Of a DNA stretch of 64,000 nucleotides, positions 1 through 12,295 are shown one piece after another. Location of the stretch: the NCBI GenBank assembly GCA_046351515.1, contig JAXLYJ010000005.1:120318-184317 (forward strand). The letters are read 5' to 3'. The stretch's first letter is position 1; every line of letters begins with the position of its first letter. This stretch comes from Polyangiales bacterium. GTDB lineage: Bacteria; Myxococcota_A; Polyangia; Polyangiales; Ga0077539. A model generated the notes under the pieces. The model saw only the letters and a program-made list of their open reading frames with translations. It did not search any database and had not been told where the DNA came from. The position numbers and the translations under genes were made by a program.

Positions 1-126
1 GGGCGCCTGCGGGTCGCCGACGGCGACGGTGCGGCGCCAGCGCTGGCGACCGGACGGCGGGGCGGAGTACGGGGCGCCTTCGGCGAGGACCGTGGCGAGG
101 GCGAGGGCAGCGGGAACCTGTTCCAT
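1..126 (-). CDS. N-terminal end of an unidentified gene running off the left edge (partial)
   Basis: ATG at 126-124 (minus) opens a stop-free, GC3-rich frame to position 1 (MEQVPAALALATVLAEGAPYSAPPSGRQRW...). It is absent from the ORF track because it has no stop in the window. No family recognised. Confidence 0.3.
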   Translation of the reverse strand, partial: MEQVPAALALATVLAEGAPYSAPPSGRQRWRRTVAVGDPQAP

Positions 127-197
127 GCTCAGCGTTTTCGAGAAAGACTGTGCGGGTCTACAACGGGTCTTCCGTCGCGACCGCGAGAGAACGTAGG

Positions 198-735
198 ATG
201 CCGACGCCTGATTCTGCACCGCAACGGGCGGACGGCATCGGACCAAAGGGACAGAGAGACGTGTACGAGCGGCTGTTGCGCCCCGACCGACCTCGGCTCG
301 CCGAGGCCTTGAAGATCGTCGAGAACCTCTATGACGCGAAAGAAGCGTGGGAGACGCTCTCGACGCGTGGTCTCGTTCCGCGTGAGTGGTTGAGCCGCGA
401 CGATCGTTCGTATGTGCTCGACGCGCCCGACGGATCGCGCCGCGGATATTTTCCGCCGAGCATCCGGATGGCTGTCGCTCGCGTGCGACATGAGCAACAT
501 CCTCGCGGCCGAAGAGATCGCGCGGCGAAACGCGAAGGACATCCGCAATCCGCAGCGGGTCGTGTGGCGTTGCCTTCGCGCAGAGACCGTCAACGCGTAC
601 CGCGACTCGCTCACACGTTCGCTCAAAGACGGCAACGTGACGATGCCCGCGGACCTCATCGCGACGGGGTACGTGCAGGATCCGTATCACACCGAGTCGC
701 TCATGCTGCTCGTGCCCGAAGCGCCGCAGTCCTGA
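198..735 (+). pseudogene. hypothetical protein with an apparent frameshift near 465-475
   Basis: The frame from ATG 198 (MPTPDSAPQ...GYFPPSIRM) looks coding up to ~470. The GC3 signal then moves to the +1 frame, which ends at TGA 733-735 (..LSLACDMSNILAAEEIARRNAKDIRNPQRVVW..LLVPEAPQS). This fits a 1-nt insertion. Alternatively a separate gene starts at ATG 490. No family recognised. Confidence 0.4.
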
Positions 736-843
736 ACGGCGCGCGGCTGATCGAGTGCGGCAGCCTCAGCCGCGCATGGTGCGTCGCGCTCTCGCTGCCG
801 CGCCTCACCGTCGCTCGCTCACCGCGCGCCGCCCGTCGCTCGC

Positions 844-1488
844 TCAGCGCGCCGCCAGGCCCAGTCTCGCGCGGCAGCGATTGCAGAGCCGCCCGCTGCT
901 CTGGTCGATCGTGCGCACCGTGCCTCGCGCGTCGGTCATCAGGCAGCGCGTGTCGGGACAGTGGTCGAGCCCGAGCGTGTGACCCACCTCGTGAACGCAC
1001 GTCGTCACCATGCGAAAGCGCACCTGCGCTTCGTCGCGCGCGTTGCGACGACAGCGAAACATCGAGATCACGCACGCAGGCCCCGGCAGATCGCCCAGCC
1101 CCAGGATGCCCCAGTCGTACACGCCATGCGCGCTCGTCGAGATGTCGACCTCGGTCACGCCCAAGATGCGATTGACCGGAGCGCGCACGCGGCCTCGAAG
1201 AAAATCGAGCAGACGCTCGGCGCGATACCGTCGATTGCGCGCGTAGTACGCGGCGCGCGGCAGGTCCACGGAGCTCTCTCGCTGCACCGCCACGCCGAAC
1301 TCGGCCGTCAGTCCGTTGGCGATCTGGTCGAACAGCGCCGAGTCGAACGAGCCGAGCGGCTGCACGGCGACCCGCGCGTCCTGCGGGCGAATCGCCATCG
1401 ACTCGTACGATTGTGAGCGCGCGATCGACGGCGTCGCGACGAGCGCGAGCGACCCGAGCGCCGCGCGGCGAGAGAGCGTGATGGCCAT
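844..1488 (-). CDS. archaemetzincin-like zinc metalloprotease (M54-type signature), secreted
   Basis: Start ATG at 1488 gives MAITLSRRAALGSLALVATPSIARS (signal or Tat-like). The C-terminus carries HEVGHTLGLDHC-PDTR-C-LM-X17-CNRC, which is the complete HEXXHXXGXXHCX4CXMX17CXXC signature. The upstream 280 codons of track ORF 844..2328 are non-coding shadow. Confidence 0.8.
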   Translation of the reverse strand: MAITLSRRAALGSLALVATPSIARSQSYESMAIRPQDARVAVQPLGSFDSALFDQIANGLTAEFGVAVQRESSVDLPRAAYYARNRRYRAERLLDFLRGRVRAPVNRILGVTEVDISTSAHGVYDWGILGLGDLPGPACVISMFRCRRNARDEAQVRFRMVTTCVHEVGHTLGLDHCPDTRCLMTDARGTVRTIDQSSGRLCNRCRARLGLAAR

Positions 1489-1518
1489 GGGCTGCCGCTG
1501 AGCGTACCGCGTTCGGAA

Positions 1519-1577
1519 CGCGCATCCCCGAACCGCCGCCCCCCACGACGTCACGGTGGAGGCTCTCTGCATCAACC
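1519..1577. repeat. short dispersed repeat, copy A (copy B at 24731-24790)
   Basis: cgcgcatccccgaaccgc (18/18 identical in both copies) is followed ~25 nt later by the 16-mer gctctctgcatcaacc. In copy B that 16-mer is present as its reverse complement inside a perfect hairpin. Confidence 0.7.
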
Positions 1578-1738
1578 TATGCCGCGCGCAGTGCTTCGGC
1601 GATGCAGCGCTCCGTGGGGCCGTCGTGCGCGAGCCTCGCGCTGGCGCTACCATCGGAAGCGCTGTGCCTGTGGACAACGATGCGCGCGCTGAGGCGCGGA
1701 CCCTGTTGCGAGCGCTGTGGACGCGCACTCGCATTCCG

Positions 1739-2297
1739 ATGAACCGAGGCAACGCGCTCGCGTACGGCGAGCTCATCCTCGGGCTCGCTCCCGATCGCCT
1801 TCGCCCCGCGATCGAAGAGCTCGTCGCAGACGGAACGGTGATCGCCGACGGCGCCGCGGACGACGCGCTGCTTCTGTGGCCCGGCGAGAACCGCCCGTCG
1901 CTCGGGCCCAAGACCGTGCAAGAAGCGCAGACCCTCGAGCGGCTGAACCAAGAGGCGTCCGTTCCGGTCCCGACCAAGACGCCGCAGTGGATGCTCGCGA
2001 AGCGCGAGCCCGATCCCGTGGTGATCGACAAGAAGAGCGTCGTGGCCTCGGCGCGCTCTCGTTTCTCTTCGGCCCGCTCGGTTGGCTCTACGCCGCGCCG
2101 CTCAAAGACGTAGCCGTGGGCTTCTTCGCGTTCAGCGCGATCACCACCCTCGCGGCTCTTCTGCTGCCTGGATCGCTCGCGACCCTGGTGGGCGCGCTCG
2201 CCTCGTTCGGCTCGGGCGTGCTCGGGATGTCCTACGCGCACCAGTACAACAAGCGCGGAAAGCGCACGCGCTGCTCGACGCCAAGACCGGCGAGTGA
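1739..2297 (+). pseudogene. hypothetical protein with a C-terminal transmembrane region and two apparent 1-nt deletions (~2045 and ~2262)
   Basis: The GC3-rich reading passes through three frames. First: MNRGNALAYGELILG...VIDKKSVVA. Second: GALSFLFGPLGWLYAAPLKDVAVGFFAFSAITTLAALLLPGSLATLVGALASFGSGVLGMSYAHQYNKRGK. Third: ..LLDAKTGE, with stop at 2295-2297. The start is uncertain (an upstream in-frame start at 1556 is possible). Confidence 0.4.
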
Positions 2298-2361
2298 GCG
2301 CGCACGGCGGCTGAGAGCGCTCGCCCACACAATCAAGCGGTCAGAGAAAATACCGTCGATT

Positions 2362-3515
2362 TCACCGTTCGCATCGCTCGCGGATGACCGCTGCGATCCG
2401 GCGCCACAGCGCGTTGAAGTGGTCCGTGGCGAACCCCGAGTTCGACCGCATGAAGGTCATCCCCGCGCCGTCGTAATGGCCGATCACGTCGAGGTGGTCC
2501 GCCGAAATGAGCCCCGCCGCGCGGCCGTCGATCGTCTGCGACCACGCGGGGACGATCCCGTCGTTCGACCGCGCTTCGTCCGCGCGCAGGCCGTTGGGGC
2601 GGCCGAGGATCCACGGGCCGACCGGCCAGCGGGCGATCGAGGGGGCGTTCCGCGCGTGAGTCGTTGCGTGAGCAGAAAGAGCGCGCGACGCACGGGATCG
2701 CGCGCGATCGCGGTGAGGTCCGCGAGCGCGCGGCCCGGCTGCGGAGCGACGGTGACGAAGCAGTGCAAGTGCTTGTGATCGTGGCCGCTGATCGCTCGGT
2801 CGAGGTCGGTCATCGCCGCCACCGTCAGGTCGCCCACGAGCCGATGATCGCGAACGACCTCGTCGAGAAAGCGCCGAATATCCCTGGCCGTCTGCGTGTC
2901 GACGTCCGCGAGCCTCGCGATGAGCTCGGCCTCCGGCGTGGACTTGCGCACGATGATCTCTTCGATCGTCTCGATGATGGCGCCGACGTGCCCGGCGACC
3001 GTGAGCGCGTCGCGCGAGGCGATGATGCTCCCGAGCCAAAGACCGGGGATCGCGACGGCCATCGTGGGAGACAGGTTCGACGCGAGCGGCGTCCCGCGGT
3101 GCGGCGCGGACACGGTGAGCACCGAGCGAACTCGGTCGATCACCGCGCGGCGCTGTGACGCCTCTGGAGCTCCGGGCCAGAGATAGCGCGGATTGGTGAC
3201 GAGCCGCGCGTCCACGCCGCCGGTCGAGTGCCCCACGAGGTGCACGTCGGTGATGGGCTGTCCGTCGATCCCGTCGCGCAGGATCGCCTCGATCGCGCGA
3301 TACAACGACGCAGCGCGAGCGCTGAGCGGGCCGGTCGGCGGCGGCTGGTGAACGATCACCGGCGTGCGCGCGCCGAGCTCTGTGCGAAGCACCGAACGCG
3401 CGAACTTCACGTACTCGATGATGGGCGCGCCCGTTGGACCAAACGATCCGAAGCCGAAGAAGCCAGGGACGAAGACGATCGCGTGTGTGGGTGTCATTGC
3501 GTGGGCATCACTCAT
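2362..3515 (-). pseudogene. alpha/beta-hydrolase lipase with an apparent 1-nt frameshift near 2650-2665
   Basis: The N-terminal part (track ORF 2484..3515) has IVFVPGFFGFG and the nucleophile elbow HLVGHSTGG. The C-terminal part continues in another frame (end of track ORF 2362..3039): ..NDGIVPAWSQ..ADHLDVIGHYDG.. (catalytic Asp and His), with stop at 2362. The two frames join in a GC run. Confidence 0.7.
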
Positions 3516-3571
3516 GGCGTGCGCAGGGATGGAGGGGCGCGCGAGAGGCTGAGCGAAACTGCGCGCGAGGT

Positions 3572-4648
3572 ATGTTACGAGAGGACCGAGGTGTCTCTGT
3601 GATCGGCGTGGTGATCAACCCGTTTTCTCGGCGCAATCGTGGACAGACCGGACTGAAGCGCAGGCTCGAAAAGCTGCTCGGCTCGCACGGACGAGTGGTC
3701 GAGACCTACAGCACGGACGCGATCATCCCCGCGCTCAAGCAATTCGCAGACGAGGGGCGAAAGTACTGGGTGGCCGACGGCGGTGACGGCGCGCTGCACT
3801 GGATGATCAACGGCGCTGCACGATACTTCGGGCCGCAGCAGGCGACGAAGATCGCGCGCTACGTTCCCACCGGAGGCGGCTCGGTGGACTTCGTCGCCAA
3901 AGGGCTCGGGATCGATCGCGATCCGAGCGCCGTGCTCGCGCGGCTGGTGGCCACGATCTCCAAGGGCGGCGAGCCCAAGTACGTCCCGCTGCGCACGATG
4001 GAGTGCGACGGGACGCAGCTGCTCTACGGTGATTCGCGCGAGCACTTTCGGCGGTACGCGTTCGCGACGGCCTTCGCGGGGTACGGCGCGAATTTCTTCG
4101 GCCCGTTGCACGAGGGCAGCGGAGAGAAATCGCCCACGCGCATCGCGGGGTTGATGGGCCTCGCGTTCGGCGCCGCCGCGGGGCGCGCGGTGTTTCAAGG
4201 GCCCGCCGCGCGGTTCAAGCCGAAGACGCTGGCCAAGGCCGAGTACGATTTCTTGCATCCCTTGCGGGCCGAAGTGCTGATCGACGGAGAGCCGCAGCGC
4301 GACCGCAACGGCGCCGTGCTCGAGTCGTTCACCGTGCTGCAGTGCGCGGCGCTGCCGCTGTCGATCGCGGGGATTCTGCGGGTGTTTCCGCTGGCCAACA
4401 ACGAGCAGATGCACGTGCACGCAGGGATGGTCTCGGGCGTCGAGGCCGCCCGCGTCTGGCCGTCGCTCATGACCGGAAAGCGCGTGCAACACATGCTCCC
4501 CGACGCGTACGACGGTCCCGCGAAGCAGATCGAGATTCGCTGCCTGCACGGCGACGAGATGAACCCCGTTCTCGATGGCGAGGTGTTCTTTCGGCTCCAA
4601 TCGCTGACGGCGCGGCTCGGGCCGGTGTTCGAAATGGCCGTTCCGTAG
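3572..4648 (+). CDS. diacylglycerol/lipid kinase catalytic-domain family protein
   Basis: VIGVVINPFSRRN near the N-terminus and a WVADGGDGALHW (GGDG) motif. High GC3. Diverges from the lipase gene across a 56-nt gap. The start is uncertain (ATG 3572 chosen). Confidence 0.7.
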   Translation: MLREDRGVSVIGVVINPFSRRNRGQTGLKRRLEKLLGSHGRVVETYSTDAIIPALKQFADEGRKYWVADGGDGALHWMINGAARYFGPQQATKIARYVPTGGGSVDFVAKGLGIDRDPSAVLARLVATISKGGEPKYVPLRTMECDGTQLLYGDSREHFRRYAFATAFAGYGANFFGPLHEGSGEKSPTRIAGLMGLAFGAAAGRAVFQGPAARFKPKTLAKAEYDFLHPLRAEVLIDGEPQRDRNGAVLESFTVLQCAALPLSIAGILRVFPLANNEQMHVHAGMVSGVEAARVWPSLMTGKRVQHMLPDAYDGPAKQIEIRCLHGDEMNPVLDGEVFFRLQSLTARLGPVFEMAVP

Positions 4649-4726
4649 GCGCTCGCGGACAGCCGCCTCGTTGCTCGCCTGTGTAATGCGCCAGCGACGA
4701 TCGCCGGAGTACAGTCCGACGAACCG

Positions 4727-7863
<3,137 letters not shown>

Positions 7864-7867
<4 letters not shown>

Positions 7868-9294
7868 TCAAGTGCTGCGTTTCGTGTGCGCAACTCTTCA
7901 GTGACGGATCGAGCGCGTGTCCGCTGTGCGGCGCGGCGCTGTTGCCGTCGAGCGACGGGCCTCCGGTGGTGGACGGTCGCTACCTGGTCGAGAAAGAGCT
8001 CGGCCGCGGTGGGGCGGGACGGGTGCTGCTCGCGAGGGACGTTCCGCTGCGGCGAAAAGTGGCGCTGAAGGTGATGGCGAACTATCGGCCCGACCGCGAG
8101 TCGGTGCGCGGCTTCTATCGCGAGGCGAGCGCTCTCGCGAGCGTGCGCAGCGAGCACGTCGCGCAGGTGCACTCGTTTGGGTTGAGCGACGAGGGCTGCT
8201 TCTTCGCGATGGAGTTCATCGCGGGCAGCTCGCTCGCCTCGGTGATCGACGATCACCGAAGGGCAGCGGCGTTCATCCCGAGGCACCGAGGCATCAGCGT
8301 GCTCAAGCAAGTGGCCAACGGGCTCGCGGCCGTGCACGCGCAAGGAGTGATTCACCGCGACGTGAAGCCCTCCAACGTCGTGATCGAGCGCGACACCGGC
8401 CGCGCGGTGCTCGTGGACTTCGGCATCGCGATCCACAGCGCCGACGTCGATCAGCAAGACGAAGACGTCCTGCACGGAACGCCCGCGTACATGGCCCCCG
8501 AGCAGATCATCACCGAGAACGGGATCACCTCGCTCGCCGACGTGTACGCGCTCGGGTGCACGGCGTTCGAAGTGCTCACGGGGCAGCTCCCGTTCAAAGC
8601 CGAGAGCATCCAGATGCTGCTCGCGAAGCAAGTCAGCGAGGCGCCGCCGCTGGTGTCCTCGGTGCGTCCCGAGCTGGGATTTCTCGACTCGATCATCGCT
8701 CGCGCGATGGCCAAAGAGCCGAGCGAGCGCTTCGAGAGCGCGCAGGCGTTCGCCTCGGCCCTCGACCACGCGCTGTTCACGATGACGCAAGACGACCTCG
8801 CCGAAGCGCGCTCTGCGGTCGCTGCCGCCGCGCGAAAGCCCGACGTGTTGGGCGGCGCGGCGGTGCGCGTGCTCGTGATCGACGACGACCCTGTGTTCGG
8901 CGTCTTCGCCTCGCGCGCGGTCAAGGCCGCGTTCGGAAACAAGCCCGAGAGCGTCGCCGTCACCGTCGTGCGCTCGGGGGCCGACGCGCTGGCGCTCGAA
9001 GGGGCGCTGCCCAACCTCGTCTTGCTCGACTATCACATGCCCGGGATGAGCGGCGTCGAGGTGCTCTCTGTGCTGCGCGAGCGGCCGGGCGGGCGCGAGA
9101 TGCGCGTGATCGTCGCGAGCGGCAGCGCGGGGGCCGAGACGCTCGCGCGCTTCGCGCTGCTCGGCGTGACCGAGTTCGTGAAGAAGCCCGTCGACTTCGG
9201 CAGCTTCGTGCAGCGCCTGAAGGACATCGCGCGCGTCAACGGCTGGGTGCGCGCGCCGGACGAGACGATCATCGGACAGGCGAAGCCTGGCTGA
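7864..9294 (+). CDS. Hanks-type Ser/Thr protein kinase with an N-terminal zinc ribbon and a C-terminal receiver domain
   Basis: The GTG start at 7864 overlaps the kinase stop (GTGA). Contains CVSC..CPLC, GRGGAGRV..ALKVM, HRDVKPSNV, DFG and YMAPE. The C-terminal REC has VLVIDDD..LLDYHMPGMSG..VASGS..KKP. Confidence 0.87.
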
Positions 9295-9408
9295 GCCAGT
9301 ATTCAAGTCACCGCTGTTTCGATGGGTGAATGCGCGTCCTCGCGCCGCGCCGTGCCCCGCGGGCCGTCGGGCGCTGCGCGGCGGGCGCGAGAGTTGGTAT
9401 GAAGAGCC

Positions 9409-10068
9409 ATGACCACTGAGCACTACAAGCTGTACAGCTACTGGCGGTCGAGCGCGTCGTGGCGCGTTCGATGGGCGCTCGCGCACAAGGGGATCGCGTT
9501 CGACAAGGTGATCGTCAACCTGCTGAAGAGCGAGCAGCGCGCGGACGAGCATCGCGGGCGCAATCCGATCGGGCACGTTCCTGCGCTCGAAGTGACGCCG
9601 GGGAGGTTTCTGGCCGAGAGCGTGGCGATCATCGAGTGGCTCGAAGAGACGCACCCCGAGCCGCGGCTGTACCCGACGGACCCGTGGGCGAAGGCGCGCG
9701 TGCGACAGGTGGTCGAGCTCGTCAACGCGGGCATTCAGCCGCTGCAGAACCTCGTGGTGCTCGACAAGGTCTCGAGCGACCCCGAGGCGAAGAAGGCCTG
9801 GGCACACGATTTCAACTTGCGTGGTATTTCAGCGCTCGAATCGCTGCTGAAGTCGATCGATCACGAGCTCGGCGAGGGGCGCTTCGCCGTGGGCGACGCG
9901 CTCAGCGCGGCGGACTTGTTCGTGGTGCCGCAGGTGTATTCGGCGCGCAGGTTCGGCGTGGACGTGGCGCCCTTCGCGCGGGTGCTGCGCGCAGAGGCGA
10001 GCGCCCTCGCGACGCCGCACGCCGAGGGCGCGAAGCCCGAGTCGCAGCCGGACGCTCCGAAGAGCTGA
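9409..10068 (+). CDS. maiA: maleylacetoacetate isomerase / zeta-class glutathione S-transferase
   Basis: 219 aa. N-terminal LYSYWRSSASWRVRWALAHKG is typical of MaiA/GSTZ. It has the length and layout of a GST fold. Confidence 0.75.
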   Translation: MTTEHYKLYSYWRSSASWRVRWALAHKGIAFDKVIVNLLKSEQRADEHRGRNPIGHVPALEVTPGRFLAESVAIIEWLEETHPEPRLYPTDPWAKARVRQVVELVNAGIQPLQNLVVLDKVSSDPEAKKAWAHDFNLRGISALESLLKSIDHELGEGRFAVGDALSAADLFVVPQVYSARRFGVDVAPFARVLRAEASALATPHAEGAKPESQPDAPKS

Positions 10069-10086
10069 GCGGATCGCGTGCGGCCG

Positions 10087-10600
10087 CGCGGGTGAGGGCC
10101 CATCGGCGCTGCCAATTCGCAGGCCCCACCCGCGCTGCCGCGCGCCGGTTCGCAGGCCCCCACCCGCGCTACCGCGCGCCCGTCTTCGCAGCCCCCACCC
10201 GCGCTACCGCGCGCCCCGCCCCGCAGAGCGAGGGCGGCGGCTCTGCATTGGGAAAACAGCGACGGAATCGAGTTCGTTGATCGCACGGAGACCTTGCGCT
10301 GCAAGGTCTCTTCGGTGCGCGAAGCGGCTCGCGACACGGCGCAACACGACGCAACGCGAACGCTCGGCGCAAACCGTGATCAGCGGAGCCGCTTCGCTCC
10401 GTGAGTGGTCGCTATCGAGGCCATCGAAGCCCTTGCAGAGCAAGGGTTCCCTGCGATCAACGCCGTCAACTCCGTCACTGTTTTCCCAATGCAGAGCCGC
10501 CGCCCTCGCTATGCGGGGGCGGGGCGCGCGGCAGCGCGGGTGGGGGCTGCGAACCGGCAGCGCGGGTGGGGGCTGCGAACCGGCAGCGCGGGTGAAGGCT
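10087..10600. repeat. nested imperfect palindrome built from about seven copies of a 22-nt core plus ~130-bp inverted arms
   Basis: The left arm (10185-10312) and the reverse complement of the right arm (10421-10553) align at about 90% identity. The outer flanks carry tandem units: ttcgcag(g/c)ccccacccgcgc(t/a)(g/a)ccgcgcgcc x3 on the left (10116-10220), mirrored x3 on the right (10526-10600). Each arm contains its own 10-bp hairpin (gagaccttgc..gcaaggtctc). The centre is closed by gaagcggctc (10321)/gagccgcttc (10387). It fills the gap between convergent maiA and the DUF2330 gene. Confidence 0.85.
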
Positions 10601-10698
10601 TCGTCGCTTCGCTCGCTCGCACCAGCGCCGGTGGCGCGATTACTCACTGGGCAGCGCCGCTCGGGACCGCGCGTCCCCTCGTCCCCTCGTTGCGCTCG

Positions 10699-12269
10699 TC
10701 AGCGCTTCTTCGCTGCCTTGCGCACGATCAACGCGAGCGCTGCGAGCGCGCTCAAAGAGCCCAGCGCGAGCTTGCTCTTCGTCGCAGGAGTGACCTTGGG
10801 TTGAACTCTGCGCGGGCGCTGCACGGCGTTGCTCGCGGCGGGCGCGAGCGTCCCTGCGGGCCGACCGCGAATCCCGAGCTCGGCCACGGTCGTGCTCACC
10901 ACGCGCGGAAGCTCGACGGCCGCGCCCGTGCGCGTCGCGAGGTCGAGCGCGGGGCGCGTGGGCTGCGCTTGAGTCCCGCTCGGAGGGCCGCCCCAAACGC
11001 CGCGTCGCGGGTTTTGGCAGGTGATGGGACCGGTCCAAGCGTGGCGGATCGCGTAGCGCGCTTGAAAGTTGTTTCCTCCGTACTGCGCGGGCTGAGCGCC
11101 GGTCTCGATCGCGTGCGTCTGCGGGTCGATCACGTGCTCGCGTCCGCCGACGACCGCGCCTGCCTCGCGAAACACGAGGTCGGCGTTGAGCGACTGCGCG
11201 TTGTAGCGCGTGTGCATGCGCGTGACGGTCATGTTGTTCGCGAACTGCATGTTCGACCCGATCACGTCGGCGCCGAGCGTCGCGAGGTCCGCGGGCTGCA
11301 ATGGAGGCGTGGGGCACGGGTCGCACGAGCTCGTGGCCCACGAGTACTCCGTGACCACGGCGCGGCCGTTCATGCGCTCGAGCGTGCGATCGAAGAGCGT
11401 GGTGTAAAACGACCCGAAGCCCTCGCGCACCGAGTCAGTGACGTCGAGGTTGGTGGGGATGAAGACGTTGGGATAGTTGGCCACTTCGAAGCGCGAGGTC
11501 GGATGCAAGACGTACACGATGAGGTCTTGCTTCTCTGGCGCGTTGAGCAGCCCCAGGCGAACGGGGAGTCGAAAGTCCTGCGTGTCGTAGTGAAACCGCA
11601 GCGGAGAGAGCCTCGCGCCCCCGTCGGGCCTGCGCTGCACGCGGTGAATGTCCACGCGCGCGACGAAGAACTTCATCCCCTCGCGAATGTACGGCGCGAG
11701 CGCGCCGCAGCGCCGTTCGGAACGTTGTAGCGGTTCTGTCTCAGCCACGTCTCGAGCCCAGACGACTGCGTCGCGGACAAGATCAGGATTTGATACTCGC
11801 CCACGGTGAATCGCGCTTCGATGCGAACGCCGAGGTCTTGCTCGCGCATGCGAACGCTCGCCCCAGTTGCGGTCGGCATCGCGCGGGACGTTGGGGCGTC
11901 GGCATATCCGTAGGTCGGTTGAAAACAGGGGTCCTGCTCCCAGTACTCGACGAGCCTCGGCGCGGTCAGCGACTCGATCCGCGAGAACACGTCGTGCGGC
12001 AGCGTTCGCACGTTGGCTTGCTGAAGCACGATGGGGACGGGGACCACCATCGCGAAGTCCTGCGGCGGCCCGTCGTAGTCGTTGCTCATCGTGAGCACCG
12101 TGCGCTGGCCGTGGCGCATGAGCGCGACGCGCGTCGCTTTGTTCGTGAGCTGCTCGCTCGATCCCGAGACGTAGAAGCCGCAGAACGCGTCGGCGCTTCG
12201 CGCGTGGCCGAGCGCGGCGCTCGCGAGCGCGAGGGAGAGTGCGAGCGCGGTCGTGGTCGAGCGAGTCAC
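10699..12269 (-). pseudogene. DUF2330-family secreted protein with an apparent 1-nt deletion near 11700
   Basis: The GTG start at 12269 is preceded by GGAGGA. The N-terminal part has a signal peptide followed by AFCGFYVSGSSEQLTNKATRVALMRHGQRTVLTMSNDYDGPPQDFAMVVPVPIVL, as I recall for DUF2330. The reading continues in another frame after ..LETWLRQNRYNVPNGAA / ALAPYIREGMKFFVARVD... There is a C-terminal TM anchor. Confidence 0.75.
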
Positions 12270-12295
12270 GGTGAGTCCTCCGTCGATGAGTGGGT

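Noticed and set aside
10116-10220. Tandem ~35-nt repeats considered as a possible CRISPR array
   Set aside because: The units are contiguous with no unique spacers. There are only three copies, and they are mirrored by an inverted set 300 nt away as part of a palindrome. No cas genes are in the window.
11673-11750. DUF2330 frame break next to selB considered as Sec recoding or programmed frameshift
   Set aside because: Reading through the TGA at 11673-5 in the N-terminal frame gives nonsense. The family-conserved sequence (ALAPYIREGMKFFVARVD) already starts in the other frame about 25 nt upstream of that TGA. There is no slippery heptamer. A 1-nt indel in a GC run explains it.
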